A DNA stretch of 64,000 nt from Chloroflexota bacterium. GTDB lineage: Bacteria; Chloroflexota; Chloroflexia; Thermomicrobiales; UBA6265. Positions 27,265 to 36,905 of the stretch are shown here, in pieces. The stretch is from assembly GCA_023423795.1 (NCBI GenBank), contig JAFAEX010000309.1, forward strand, positions 3,177 to 67,176, in the 5' to 3' direction. A program made the translations under genes and the position numbers. How positions within the stretch are numbered: position 1 is the stretch's first letter; each line of letters opens with the position of its first letter. The notes beneath the pieces were generated by a model. The model saw nothing but the letters and a program-made list of their open reading frames with translations. It did not search any database and was not told the origin of the DNA.

Positions 27265-28586
27265 GCCGCCTCCTGTCGCCGCCGGGGCGCGGCCGCGAGA
27301 CGGCTTCTGAAGGCGTCGTGCCGGGCGCGGACCGCCTCCGCCGAGTACACCTGGGCGGCGAGGTCGATGAACCCGGCCTCGAGTTCTTCCGGCGTCATCC
27401 CGGTCGGACGCACGTTGACGTCGAAGACCGTGCATGTTTCCCAGCCGGTCGGGTCCAGCAGCCGGCCGTCGGCCAGCAGGCGCGCGTAGAGCGGCGTGCC
27501 GGGGAAGGCCGTCAGCACGGTGATCTGGACGTCGTAAAGCCCGCTCTCTTCGACGAAGTCGCGGACGGCGGCAAACTCGTCGCGGGTCGCGCCGTCAAGC
27601 CCGAGCACGAAGCAGCCGTTGACGGCCACGCCGTGGTCCTGGATCGTGGCGATGGCGCGCTTGTAGCGTTCGAACCGCGTCCGCTTCCAGTTCCGGCGCG
27701 TCTCGACCCCGTCGATCCCGGCGGCGGTCGGGCTTTCCAGCCCGATCAGCACCTGCGCGCAGCCGGCGTCGCGCATCGAGGCCAGCAGTTCCGGATCGTC
27801 CGCAACCGAGATGTCGGTCTCGGTGAACCAGCGGATGTTCTCGCGGCCGACCGCCCGCACCAGTTCTTTCGCGCGCCGCTTGTCCACGAACGCGTTGTCG
27901 TCGGCGAACTCGATGAACGGCCGGTCCCAGATCCGCTTGACCTCGCGCAGTTCGGCGACCACCCGTTCGACCGGCTTGTGCTTGTACTTCCGGGTCAGCA
28001 GGATGGACGAGGCGCAGAACTCGCAGCGCCACGGGCAACCGCGGCTGGTCTGGACGGTGATCCGGTTGTAGCGCTCGGCGTCGAGCAGGCCGTAGGCGGG
28101 CATCGGCGCGTTGGCGAGGTCGAACTCGCGCCCGCGCGGGCCGTAGACGCCGCGCAATGTTCCGGCTTCGGCATCGCGCAGCACGTCGTGCCACGAGAGT
28201 TCGCCTTCCCCGACGACGACGGCATCGCAATGGCGCAGGGCTTCGGCGGGCATCGCGGTGGCGTGCAGTCCGCCGATGACGGTCTTGGCTCCGGCCGCGC
28301 AGAACCGGGCCGCCAGCGCGTAGGCGTCCTTGACCTGCGCGGTGAAGGACGAGATCGCGGCGAGGTCGCAGTCCGGCAGCCGGTCCACCGCCCGGATGTC
28401 GGCGATCTCGTGGTAGGACACCTCGAAGCGGTCCGGCGTCATCCCCGCCAGCGTCAGCAAGCCGAGGCTGGGCAGCGAGGCGACGACCTTGCCGCGCTCG
28501 ACGAACCCCGGCAGCGTCATCCCGAGCGCGTTCAGTTCTGGCTTGAACGCGCGGACGCCGCTCATGGCGACGAATGCGATGTGCAT
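27261..28586 (-). CDS. B12-binding-domain radical SAM protein
   Basis: N-terminal cobalamin-binding-like Rossmann region. CxxxCxxC cluster SRGCPWRCEFCAS. AAGGAGA RBS before MHIAF. Confidence 0.85.
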   Translation of the reverse strand: MHIAFVAMSGVRAFKPELNALGMTLPGFVERGKVVASLPSLGLLTLAGMTPDRFEVSYHEIADIRAVDRLPDCDLAAISSFTAQVKDAYALAARFCAAGAKTVIGGLHATAMPAEALRHCDAVVVGEGELSWHDVLRDAEAGTLRGVYGPRGREFDLANAPMPAYGLLDAERYNRITVQTSRGCPWRCEFCASSILLTRKYKHKPVERVVAELREVKRIWDRPFIEFADDNAFVDKRRAKELVRAVGRENIRWFTETDISVADDPELLASMRDAGCAQVLIGLESPTAAGIDGVETRRNWKRTRFERYKRAIATIQDHGVAVNGCFVLGLDGATRDEFAAVRDFVEESGLYDVQITVLTAFPGTPLYARLLADGRLLDPTGWETCTVFDVNVRPTGMTPEELEAGFIDLAAQVYSAEAVRARHDAFRSRLAAAPRRRQEAA

Positions 28587-28770
28587 GGCGGTCTCCTTGT
28601 CCGTCCCGTCCGCCAGAATGGCGAAACGGCCGTGGATCAAGGGTGCCCGCCGCGCGTCCGCCACACATCGGCAAGGCTGCTGAATTGGCTTGCCGAACCG
28701 TCTCCGCAGGATGGCGGAGATGGCCCATGGCCGGCGCCCGAATGAGGGCCGCGCCGACCACCACCCATCC

Positions 28771-28940
28771 GTCATCCCGAGCCTGTCGAGGGATCTCGTT
28801 TTCGGCACGCGTCGGGGACGAACGAGATCCCTCGACAGGCTCGGGATGACGTTGGACGAGGCTCGGGATGACGGTGCGTGACATTCGGGAGGATGATGGA
28901 AGAGGCTCGGGATGACGGAATGGGCGACGCGCGGGATGAC
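28771..28940. repeat. compound REP-like repeat: full 30-bp-arm hairpin plus three extra partial arm copies
   Basis: GTCATCCCGAGCCTGTCGAGGGATCTCGTT (28771-28800) pairs perfectly with AACGAGATCCCTCGACAGGCTCGGGATGAC (28821-28850). Further GGCTCGGGATGAC copies occur at about 28860 and 28904, with a degenerate GCGGGATGAC at about 28931. Confidence 0.8.
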
Positions 28941-28964
28941 AGGGAGCGCCAATGGACCGCGTGC

Positions 28965-29789
28965 TTACCCGGCGCGCGTTGTCGAACCACCCGCCGCATT
29001 CGAGACGAGCAGGCGCGCGGCGGGAGTCGCGACGGCGGCGAGCGCGGCGGCGAATGCCTCCTGGTCGAACTGGGCCGCGTGCCCCTGGTTCGGCGCGACC
29101 ACGAGCGACGCGCCGGTGCGCCGCGCGATCTCCTCGGCGATGGCGCGCAGCCCCGGATGGCTCTTGCCGCCGGCCAGCACCGCGATCGGCAGAGTGGGGG
29201 AGAGGTCGTCGAGTGCCTCGGGCGGGTAGTCGCCGGGCGGCTGGCCCGCCACCGCGCGGCGCGCTTCGCGCACGAGGCCGGGCCAGCCGCGGGATTCTTT
29301 CATGCGCGCGAGGTCGGCGGAGCCGGCCAGCACGCCGAAGAACGCCTCGGCCAGTCGTTCGTCTGAAAGGCCCGATGCCCCGTGCCAGAGCGCCGCGGTT
29401 CGTTCGCGAAGCGTCGTGACCTCGGGGTGATCGGGCAACAGTCCGAGGAGCGGCGGTTCGACGAGGACCAGCGACCGCACCCGGCCCGGGGCGCTTCGCG
29501 CCATCTCGATGGCGACGAGGCCGCCGAAGGAATGCCCGGCGAGGTCGAACGATGCGGAGCCGGCGCTCGTTGCGGCATGGAGGATGTCGGTTGCGTCGCC
29601 GGCGATCGTATGGGGCGACCGTAGCGGTGGGCTGTCGCCGTAGCCGCGCCTGTCCGGGACCAGCAGCAGCCGCTCATTAGGTTCTTGCGCTTGCCTGCGC
29701 CATGCCATCAGGCCCGTGTTGAAGTCGCCGTGCACCAGCACCAGCGGCGGCCCTTCGCCGAACGCCCGCATCGCGATCGGTTCGTCCAC
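28965..29789 (-). CDS. alpha/beta-fold hydrolase
   Basis: LVLVHGDF... and the nucleophile elbow LAGHSFGG. Preferred start is the GTG at 29789 with GGAGGA upstream; alternatives are 29771 and 29828. Confidence 0.75.
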   Translation of the reverse strand: MDEPIAMRAFGEGPPLVLVHGDFNTGLMAWRRQAQEPNERLLLVPDRRGYGDSPPLRSPHTIAGDATDILHAATSAGSASFDLAGHSFGGLVAIEMARSAPGRVRSLVLVEPPLLGLLPDHPEVTTLRERTAALWHGASGLSDERLAEAFFGVLAGSADLARMKESRGWPGLVREARRAVAGQPPGDYPPEALDDLSPTLPIAVLAGGKSHPGLRAIAEEIARRTGASLVVAPNQGHAAQFDQEAFAAALAAVATPAARLLVSNAAGGSTTRAG

Positions 29790-29830
29790 CGTTCCTCCAA
29801 TCCCTCCGAACACTGCGACATGGTACATTT

Positions 29831-29850
29831 CCGACCGACTGGTCGGTCGG
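29831..29850. promoter_or_regulatory. perfect 20-bp palindrome, candidate TetR operator
   Basis: CCGACCGAC-TG-GTCGGTCGG lies in the 85-bp divergent gap between the hydrolase and TetR genes. Confidence 0.5.
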
Positions 29851-29873
29851 TTTCTTAATCCGAAAGGGACGGT

Positions 29874-30494
29874 TTGGGACGCGGGGCGGCCAAGGCGGAA
29901 GCGAGGCGGCAGCAAGTTCTCGATGCCGCGCTGGAAGTGTTCTCCCGCGACGGCTACGGCAACGCCGCCGTCGAGGATATCGCCCGTGCGTCCTCCACCT
30001 CGAAGGGCGGTCTCTACTTCCACTTCCCGAGCAAGCAGGCGCTGTTCCTCGCGCTGCTGGACGAGGCAGGGTCGTTGCTGCTGCGCCGTGTGGAGCAGGC
30101 GATGGCCGCCGAGGCAGATCCACTGGCTCGCGGGGACGCCGCCCTTCGCGCCGTCCTTTCGACGTTCGGCAAGAACCGGACGCTCGCCCGCTTGCTGCTG
30201 GTCGAGGCGCTGGGTGCGGGCAAGGAATTCAACGCCAAACTGGGCGAACTGCACGCCGCGTTCGCCCGTATCATCGCCCGTTACCTCGACGAGGCCATCG
30301 CGGCCGGCGCGCTGCCGCCGCACGACACCACGCTGGCCGGGGTCGCCTGGTTCGGCGCGGTCAACCAGGTCGTGACCCGATGGGTGCTAACCGGCGAACC
30401 CGACCGGCTCGAAGACGCCTACCCGGCGCTGCGGCGGCTGCTGCTCTACGGCGTGGCCGGTCCCGGCGACGACAACGAAACGGAGGCTCGATGA
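29874..30494 (+). CDS. TetR family transcriptional regulator
   Basis: N-terminal HTH ILDAALEVFSRDGYGNAAVEDIARASSTSKGGLYFHFPSKQALF. TTG start with AAGGGA RBS. Confidence 0.85.
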   Translation: MGRGAAKAEARRQQVLDAALEVFSRDGYGNAAVEDIARASSTSKGGLYFHFPSKQALFLALLDEAGSLLLRRVEQAMAAEADPLARGDAALRAVLSTFGKNRTLARLLLVEALGAGKEFNAKLGELHAAFARIIARYLDEAIAAGALPPHDTTLAGVAWFGAVNQVVTRWVLTGEPDRLEDAYPALRRLLLYGVAGPGDDNETEAR

Positions 30495-31915
30495 TGGGCG
30501 CGGCCACGGTTGCCGGCGAACGGCGGGCGACGCTCGCGGATGCGATCGGGGCGGCCCGCGACGCCGCCGCGCGCGCCGGCGAACCGGTGCTGGCCCTGTG
30601 GTCGGAACCGCTCGCGTCCACGCCGAACCCGGTGGCGTTCTTCGCTGCCGCTGAGACTGGCGATATCCGGACGATCTGGGAACAGCCGGAGCGCGGTAGC
30701 GCACTTGTCGGCGTTGGCGTCGCGCTCGTCGTCGGAGGCGAAGGTCGCTCCCGATTCGTCGCGGCGGGCGATGCGTTCGGCCGGATGGCGGCGCGTGCCG
30801 TTACCGCGGCCGGCGGCGGTGCGGAGCCGATCGGCCCGGTCGCGATCGGCGGCTTCGCGTTCGACCCGTCGCGGAGCCGGAGCGAGGAGTGGAGCGCGTT
30901 CCCGGACGGCATGCTGGTCGTGCCGCGGGCGCTCCTGCGCGTGGCCGATGGCGCGGCGATGTTGACGGTTGCCGTCGCCGTCGAACCGGGCGCGGTGGCC
31001 GAGGACCTCGAATCGGCGATGCTGGCCGAAGCGCGCCGCTGGTCGTCGCTGCCGGGCATGGGCCCGGTCTGCATCGACCCGCCACCGCCGGTGATGCGGC
31101 GCGAAGCGCCGCCGCCCGCGGAGTGGAAACGGTCCGTCGCCGAGGCGGCGGCGGACGTGCGAGCCGGGCGGTTCGACAAGGTCGTGCTGGCCCGCTCCGA
31201 GCGGGTGGTCGTCGAGGGCGCGATCGACGTGCCGGGGACGCTCGTGCGGATGCGCGAAGCCAACCCGACCGCGACCCTGTTCGCGATGGACATCGGCGGC
31301 GTTGCATTCGTCGGCGCATCGCCGGAAACGCTGGTCCGCCTCGAAGCCGGCGCGCTGCATACGACGCCGCTGGCGGGGTCGATCGGGCGCGGCGCCACGC
31401 CGGGGGAAGATGCCCGGTTGGCCCGGCGGCTGCTGCGCTCCGGCAAGGACCGGCACGAACACGAGGTCGTCGTCGGCGCGATCCTGCAGGCCCTCGACCC
31501 GGTGTGCGATGACCTCGCGCCGGACCCGGCCGCGCCGCTGGTCGTCGCCAATCGGACCGTGCAGCATCTCGCGACCCCTATTTCAGGCCGGGTGCGGCGG
31601 GATGTCGGCGTGCTCGACCTCGTGCAGCGGCTGCACCCGACGCCGGCCGTCGGCGGATACCCGGCCGAGGCGGCGCTGGCGGCCATCCGCGAGCGCGAGG
31701 CGTTCGACCGTGGCTGGTACGCGGCGCCCTTCGGCTGGATCGGGGCCGACGGCGACGGCGAATTCGCCATCGCCATCCGCTCGGCCTTGGTGGACGGCGG
31801 CGCGGCCACGCTCTACGCCGGCTGCGGCATCATGGGGGATTCCGACCCGGATTCCGAATACGACGAGACGCGGTTGAAACTTCGGGCCATCGGCGCGGCG
31901 CTGGGCGCGTTGTGA
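30491..31915 (+). CDS. menF: isochorismate synthase
   Basis: Chorismate-binding C-terminus: GASPETLVRL...LAGSIGRG...KDRHEHEVV...LHPTPAVGGYP...RGWYAAPFGW...AIAIRSAL...AGCGI. Its ATG overlaps the tetR stop. Confidence 0.85.
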   Translation: MMGAATVAGERRATLADAIGAARDAAARAGEPVLALWSEPLASTPNPVAFFAAAETGDIRTIWEQPERGSALVGVGVALVVGGEGRSRFVAAGDAFGRMAARAVTAAGGGAEPIGPVAIGGFAFDPSRSRSEEWSAFPDGMLVVPRALLRVADGAAMLTVAVAVEPGAVAEDLESAMLAEARRWSSLPGMGPVCIDPPPPVMRREAPPPAEWKRSVAEAAADVRAGRFDKVVLARSERVVVEGAIDVPGTLVRMREANPTATLFAMDIGGVAFVGASPETLVRLEAGALHTTPLAGSIGRGATPGEDARLARRLLRSGKDRHEHEVVVGAILQALDPVCDDLAPDPAAPLVVANRTVQHLATPISGRVRRDVGVLDLVQRLHPTPAVGGYPAEAALAAIREREAFDRGWYAAPFGWIGADGDGEFAIAIRSALVDGGAATLYAGCGIMGDSDPDSEYDETRLKLRAIGAALGAL

Positions 31916-33699
31916 GCGAGGCGGTCGATACCGGCGCGCTGAACGTCGCGCAGGCCCGGGAACTGGTGCGCACGCTGGCGGCGGCCGGGCTCGCAAACGC
32001 GGTCGTTTGCCCCGGATCGCGTTCGACGCCGCTGGCGCTGGCGTTCCTGCGCGAGCCCGCCATCCGCGTCTGGATGCTCGTGGACGAGCGGTCCGCTGGG
32101 TTCTTCGCGCTCGGCATGGCGCGGGCGTCGGGTACGCCGGTCGCGTTGCTTTGTTCGTCGGGAACCGCCGCGGCCAACTTCCTGCCCACCGTGGTCGAGG
32201 CGTCGCTGAGCCGGGTGCCGCTGGTGGTGCTGACGGCCGACCGGCCGGTGGAAGTGCGTGGCTGGGGCGCGGCGCAGACGATCGACCAGACGGCGATCTA
32301 CGGCAGCCACGTCCGGCTCTTCGCCGAACTGCCGGTCCCGGACGGCGACCCACTGTTGCACCGTCAGGCGCGGGCGATGGCGGCGCGCGCCGTAGCGACC
32401 GCTCTGGCCTCGCCGGTAGGCCCGGTCCACCTGAACGCGCCGTTCCGCGAGCCGTTGCTGCCGGCGGATGCTCGTGTGCTCGAACCGGCCGGGGATGCTG
32501 AGGTTCCTGTTGCCGCGGGTCGTGCGGAGCGCTTGCCCGATCCGGCTGCCGTCGCGGATATCGCCGGAAAACTCGCTGGCAGCGGTCGCGGAGTGATCGT
32601 CTGCGGACCCGACGACGACCCGGATCTTGCCCCGGCGGCAGCGACGTTGGCCAGCGCGCTCGGCTGGCCGATCCTCGCCGATCCGCTCTCCGGCGTGCGC
32701 TCGGGCCGGCAAGACCGCTCGCTGGTGGTCGATGCCTACGATCCGCTGCTGCGCGACGGCGAAATCGCGACTTCGCTTCGGCCCGATGCCGTAATCCGGA
32801 CCGGCGCGATCTCGACTTCGAAACCGCTCCTGCAATTCCTCGAAGCCGCCGCGCCCGCGCTGCACGTGGTGCTGGACGACGTGCCGGGCTGGCGGGACCC
32901 GTGGTTCCAGGCGACCGCTTTCCTCGACGGCACGCCTCGGCGTTCGCTGGTCGCCTTGGCCGGTGCCGTCGATGCCGCGCGCGGAAACGTGGCCGGATCG
33001 ACTGAGGTCGGCTGGGCCGAGCGCTGGCTGGATCTCGGCAACGAGGTGCGATCCGCGATCTCCGTGCACGTGGCCGGAAACGACGAGTGGTTCGAGGGCC
33101 GGGTGTTCGCCGAACTGGCCGACCTGCTGCCGGAGGGAAGCACGCTGGTTGTCGGCAACTCGATGCCCGTTCGCGATCTCGACGCGTTCTTTCCCGGGCA
33201 GGACCGCGCGCTGCGGTTCTTCGCCAACCGCGGCGCGAACGGGATCGACGGCGTCGTCTCGACCGCGCTCGGCGTCGCCGCCGCCGGTCAGGGGCCGGTC
33301 GCGCTGGTCATCGGCGACCTGTCCTTCTACCACGACATGAACGGGCTGCTGGCGGCGAAACTCCACGCGCTCGACGCGCTGGTGATCGTGCTCAACAACG
33401 ACGGCGGCGGCATCTTCTCGTTCCTGCCGCAGGCGTCCCAGACCGACGCTTCCTCGTTCGAAACGCTCTTCGGCACGCCCATCGGGCTGGATGTCGCCGC
33501 TGCCGCCGCCGTGTATGGTGCGGGCTATACCCGTCCAGAGTCCTGGGACGAGTTCCGCGTCGCTGTGTCCGACGGGCTACGGTCCGGCTCCGGCCTGCGG
33601 ATCGTCGAGGTCGTGACGGAGCGCGATCGCAACGTCGTCCAGCACCGCGCGGTGTGGGCCGCCGTGCGCTCCCGGCTCCGGGCAGGCCTGGTGACGTAG
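31912..33699 (+). CDS. menD: SEPHCHC synthase (2-succinyl-5-enolpyruvyl-6-hydroxy-3-cyclohexene-1-carboxylate synthase)
   Basis: TPP-enzyme architecture: VCPGSRSTPLALAF...SAGFFALGMA...GDLSFYHDMNGL. GTGA overlap with menF. Confidence 0.85.
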   Translation: MSEAVDTGALNVAQARELVRTLAAAGLANAVVCPGSRSTPLALAFLREPAIRVWMLVDERSAGFFALGMARASGTPVALLCSSGTAAANFLPTVVEASLSRVPLVVLTADRPVEVRGWGAAQTIDQTAIYGSHVRLFAELPVPDGDPLLHRQARAMAARAVATALASPVGPVHLNAPFREPLLPADARVLEPAGDAEVPVAAGRAERLPDPAAVADIAGKLAGSGRGVIVCGPDDDPDLAPAAATLASALGWPILADPLSGVRSGRQDRSLVVDAYDPLLRDGEIATSLRPDAVIRTGAISTSKPLLQFLEAAAPALHVVLDDVPGWRDPWFQATAFLDGTPRRSLVALAGAVDAARGNVAGSTEVGWAERWLDLGNEVRSAISVHVAGNDEWFEGRVFAELADLLPEGSTLVVGNSMPVRDLDAFFPGQDRALRFFANRGANGIDGVVSTALGVAAAGQGPVALVIGDLSFYHDMNGLLAAKLHALDALVIVLNNDGGGIFSFLPQASQTDASSFETLFGTPIGLDVAAAAAVYGAGYTRPESWDEFRVAVSDGLRSGSGLRIVEVVTERDRNVVQHRAVWAAVRSRLRAGLVT

Positions 33700-33700
33700 C

Positions 33701-34582
33701 GTGACGGCGAAGGTGGACGATCGCATTCCAGCGCCGCATGGTGATGAGCAATCGTGGCTCACGCCCGATGGCGTCCGTTACCGGGTGCGCCGGTGCGGGA
33801 GTGGGCCGCCCCTTGTACTGCTCCATGGGTTCACCGGCGGGGCCGACACCTGGGCCGATATCGCGCGCGATCTCGGTTCACGTCGAAGCATCATCGCGCC
33901 GGACCTGCTCGGGCACGGCGGTACGGATGCGCCGTCTGACGCCGCCCGGTACGAGGTCCAGCGTCAGGTCGCCGATCTCGCGGGGATGCTCCCGGCGATC
34001 GCGCCGGGACCGGTCGCAATGCTTGGTTACTCGATGGGCGCGCGGCTGGCCCTCGCGTTCGCGGTCGCTCACCCGGATCGGGTGGCGCGGCTCGTGCTCG
34101 AAAGCGGTGGGGCGGGCATCGAGGACGCGGTCGCGCGCGCGAGCCGCCGCGAGGCCGACGAGGCGTTGGCGGACAGGATCGAACGTGACGGCATCGCCGT
34201 GTTCGTGGACGAATGGGAGCGGCTGCCCCTGTGGGCGTCTCAGGCGAACCTCCCCGGGGAGATCCGCCGCCGCCAACGGGAACGTCGGTTGGCTAACTGG
34301 CCGCAGGGGTTGGCGAACTCGCTGCGAGGGTTCGGGCAAGGCGTCCAGCCTTCGCTCTGGTATGCGCTGCCGAGTCTGCCGATGCCCGTGCTCGCGGTCG
34401 CCGGCGGCCTGGACACGAAGTACGCCGCGATAGCAGAGCGGATGGGCGCGTTGGTTCCGTGCGCGACGACGGTCGTCATCCCGGGCGCGGGCCACACGCC
34501 CCACCTGGAGCGACCGGAGGAATTCTGGAACGCGGTCGAGGCATTCCTGCGCGGCCGTCCGACGGATGCGGGAACGGATTGA
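33701..34582 (+). CDS. menH: SHCHC synthase (alpha/beta hydrolase)
   Basis: [11 protein letters not shown]...[11 protein letters not shown]... The position between menD and menB supports the call. Confidence 0.75.
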   Translation: MTAKVDDRIPAPHGDEQSWLTPDGVRYRVRRCGSGPPLVLLHGFTGGADTWADIARDLGSRRSIIAPDLLGHGGTDAPSDAARYEVQRQVADLAGMLPAIAPGPVAMLGYSMGARLALAFAVAHPDRVARLVLESGGAGIEDAVARASRREADEALADRIERDGIAVFVDEWERLPLWASQANLPGEIRRRQRERRLANWPQGLANSLRGFGQGVQPSLWYALPSLPMPVLAVAGGLDTKYAAIAERMGALVPCATTVVIPGAGHTPHLERPEEFWNAVEAFLRGRPTDAGTD

Positions 34583-34593
34583 GGAGAGCGTCG

Positions 34594-35412
34594 ATGCCAG
34601 TTGCGTGGGAAACGTTCGGCGAGTTCGAGGACATCATCTACGAGAAGGCCGAGGGGATCGCGCGGGTGACGATCAACCGGCCGCAGGTCCGCAACGCGTT
34701 CCGGCCCCGCACGGTCTCGGAGATGATCGACGCGTTCGAGGACGCGCGCGAAGACCTCGACATCGGCGTTGTCCTGCTGCGGGGCGCGGGCGACGACGCG
34801 TTCTGTTCCGGCGGCGACATCAAGGTGCGCGGCGACGCCGGATACGTCGGCGAGGACCGCGTCGAGCGGCTGAACGTGCTCGAACTGCAGCGCCAGATCC
34901 GCTACCTGCCGAAGCCGGTGATCGCGGTCGTCGCCGGGTACGCCATCGGCGGCGGCCACGTGCTGCACGTCTGCTGCGACCTCACCATCGCCGCCGACAA
35001 CGCCCGGTTCGGCCAGACCGGGCCGCGGGTCGGCAGTTTCGACGCGGGATACGGCGCGACGCTGCTGGCCCGGATCGTCGGCCACAAGAAGGCGCGGGAG
35101 ATCTGGTACCTCTGCCGGCAGTACACCGCCGACGAAGCGCTGCAGATGGGGTTGGTCAACACGGTCGTGCCGCTGGCCGACCTCGAAGAGGAATCCATCC
35201 GCTGGGCGAAGGAGATCCTGTCCCATTCGCCGACCGCGCTCCGGTTCCTGAAGGCCGCCTTCAACGCCGACACCGACGGTCTCGCCGGCTTGCAGGAACT
35301 GGCCGGCGACGCCACGCGCCTGTTCTACATGACCGAGGAAGGGCAGGAAGGCCGCAACGCCTGGCTGGAGAAGCGCAAGCCCGACTTCTCGAAGTACCCG
35401 CGTTACCCGTAG
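34594..35412 (+). CDS. menB: 1,4-dihydroxy-2-naphthoyl-CoA synthase
   Basis: Crotonase fold with [14 protein letters not shown]...FCSGGD...[36 protein letters not shown]. Confidence 0.9.
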   Translation: MPVAWETFGEFEDIIYEKAEGIARVTINRPQVRNAFRPRTVSEMIDAFEDAREDLDIGVVLLRGAGDDAFCSGGDIKVRGDAGYVGEDRVERLNVLELQRQIRYLPKPVIAVVAGYAIGGGHVLHVCCDLTIAADNARFGQTGPRVGSFDAGYGATLLARIVGHKKAREIWYLCRQYTADEALQMGLVNTVVPLADLEEESIRWAKEILSHSPTALRFLKAAFNADTDGLAGLQELAGDATRLFYMTEEGQEGRNAWLEKRKPDFSKYPRYP

Positions 35413-35414
35413 CG

Positions 35415-36905
35415 ATGGCGGGCGACCTCGTACCCGACTGGCTCGCCCGGCGCGCGGTCACGCACCGCGGGCAACCGGCGCTGACATTCGGCGGCACGAC
35501 TTGGACCTTCGATCACCTGGATACGAAGGTCCAGGCCGCCGCCGGTGTGCTGGCCGCGCGCGGCGTCGCGCCGGGCGACCGCGTTGCGCTGCTGGCGCGC
35601 AACTGCCCCGGTTTCGCGATCGCCGTTCATGCGGTGGCGCGGATCGGCGCGATCCTCGTGCCGCTGAATCGCCGCCTTACCGAGCCCGAGTTGGCATGGC
35701 AAATGCGCGATGCCGGTCCCGCGATCCTGCTGTGCGACGCCGCGAGCGAAGGCGTCTCCCGGCGAGCATCCGCCAGCGCCGGCGGTGTTCCGGTCGCGGA
35801 AATTGCTGATGACGGCATCCCGATCGATGGCATCGGCGCATCACGTCCGGGGTCGGCTCTGTCGCTCGCGGCCGTGCAAGGCATCGTCTACACCTCGGGC
35901 ACGACCGGCCACCCGAAGGCGGCCCAACTCACGTTCGCGAACTGGTGGGCCGGGGCAGCCGGGTCGGCGCTGCACGTCGGGCACCGGGACGATGACCGCT
36001 GGCTGGCCGCGCTGCCGCTGTTCCACGTCGGTGGGCTCGCCATCCTCTTCCGTTCGGTTATCGGCGGCGTGCCGGTGACGCTCCACGACGGGTTCGATCC
36101 CGACGCGGTGCGCGAATCCATCCGAGGCGACCGGGTGACGCTGGTTTCGCTCGTTGCCGCGACGCTGCGGCGGCTGCTCGATGCGCCGAGCAGCCAGGAC
36201 GACCTGTCGTCGCTGCGGGTTGCGCTGCTCGGCGGCGGGCCCGCGCCCGCTCCGCTCGTCGAGGAGGCGATCGCGCGCGGCGTCCCGGTTGCGCCGACCT
36301 ACGGGCTGACCGAAGCGGCGTCGCAGGTGACGACCTTGCTGCCGCGCGACGCCACGCGGTTTCCAGGCTCGTCCGGCCCGCCGTTGCCGCAGGTCGAGGT
36401 CCGGATCGAGCACGGTGGCGAACCGGCGCCTGCCGGCGAGGCAGGAGAGATCGCCGTGCGCGGCCAGAGCGTGATGCCGGGATACCGTGGGAGCGGTCCG
36501 ATCCCGCCGGGCGGCTGGTTCCGCACCGGCGACATCGGGCGGCTGGACGACGGCGGACGCCTCTTCGTCCTCGACCGCCGCGACGACCTCATCGTGACCG
36601 GCGGCGAGAACGTCTATCCGGCGGAGGTCGAAGCGGCACTGCTGCGCCACACCGCCGTCCGCGAGGCGGCGGTGGTCGGCGTCCCGGACGACCGCTGGGG
36701 CAGTGTTCCGGTCGCGTTCGTTGCCTATAGGGGAGATGATCGCCCGCCCGATGCCGACGTGCTGGCGCGGGCCGGGGAAGTGCTTGCGCGGTACAAGTTG
36801 CCCCGGCGGATCGTGGCGATCGACGCCGTGCCGCGCAACGCGTCCGGCAAGATCCTGCGCCGTGCGTTGCGGGAACGGGCCGCGGCCGGGTCGCCAGCGA
36901 CCTGA
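35415..36905 (+). CDS. menE: o-succinylbenzoate-CoA ligase
   Basis: AMP-binding motifs YTSGTTGHPKAA, TYGLTEA, and GWFRTGDIG...ENVYPAEVE...KLPRRI...NASGKILRR. Confidence 0.85.
   Translation: MAGDLVPDWLARRAVTHRGQPALTFGGTTWTFDHLDTKVQAAAGVLAARGVAPGDRVALLARNCPGFAIAVHAVARIGAILVPLNRRLTEPELAWQMRDAGPAILLCDAASEGVSRRASASAGGVPVAEIADDGIPIDGIGASRPGSALSLAAVQGIVYTSGTTGHPKAAQLTFANWWAGAAGSALHVGHRDDDRWLAALPLFHVGGLAILFRSVIGGVPVTLHDGFDPDAVRESIRGDRVTLVSLVAATLRRLLDAPSSQDDLSSLRVALLGGGPAPAPLVEEAIARGVPVAPTYGLTEAASQVTTLLPRDATRFPGSSGPPLPQVEVRIEHGGEPAPAGEAGEIAVRGQSVMPGYRGSGPIPPGGWFRTGDIGRLDDGGRLFVLDRRDDLIVTGGENVYPAEVEAALLRHTAVREAAVVGVPDDRWGSVPVAFVAYRGDDRPPDADVLARAGEVLARYKLPRRIVAIDAVPRNASGKILRRALRERAAAGSPAT

Noticed and set aside
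28838-28940. Tandem GGCTCGGGATGAC copies considered as a mini CRISPR array.
   Set aside because: The repeats are only 13-16 nt with irregular spacing (about 8 to 30 nt). They are arm fragments of the REP-like palindrome. There are no cas genes in the window.
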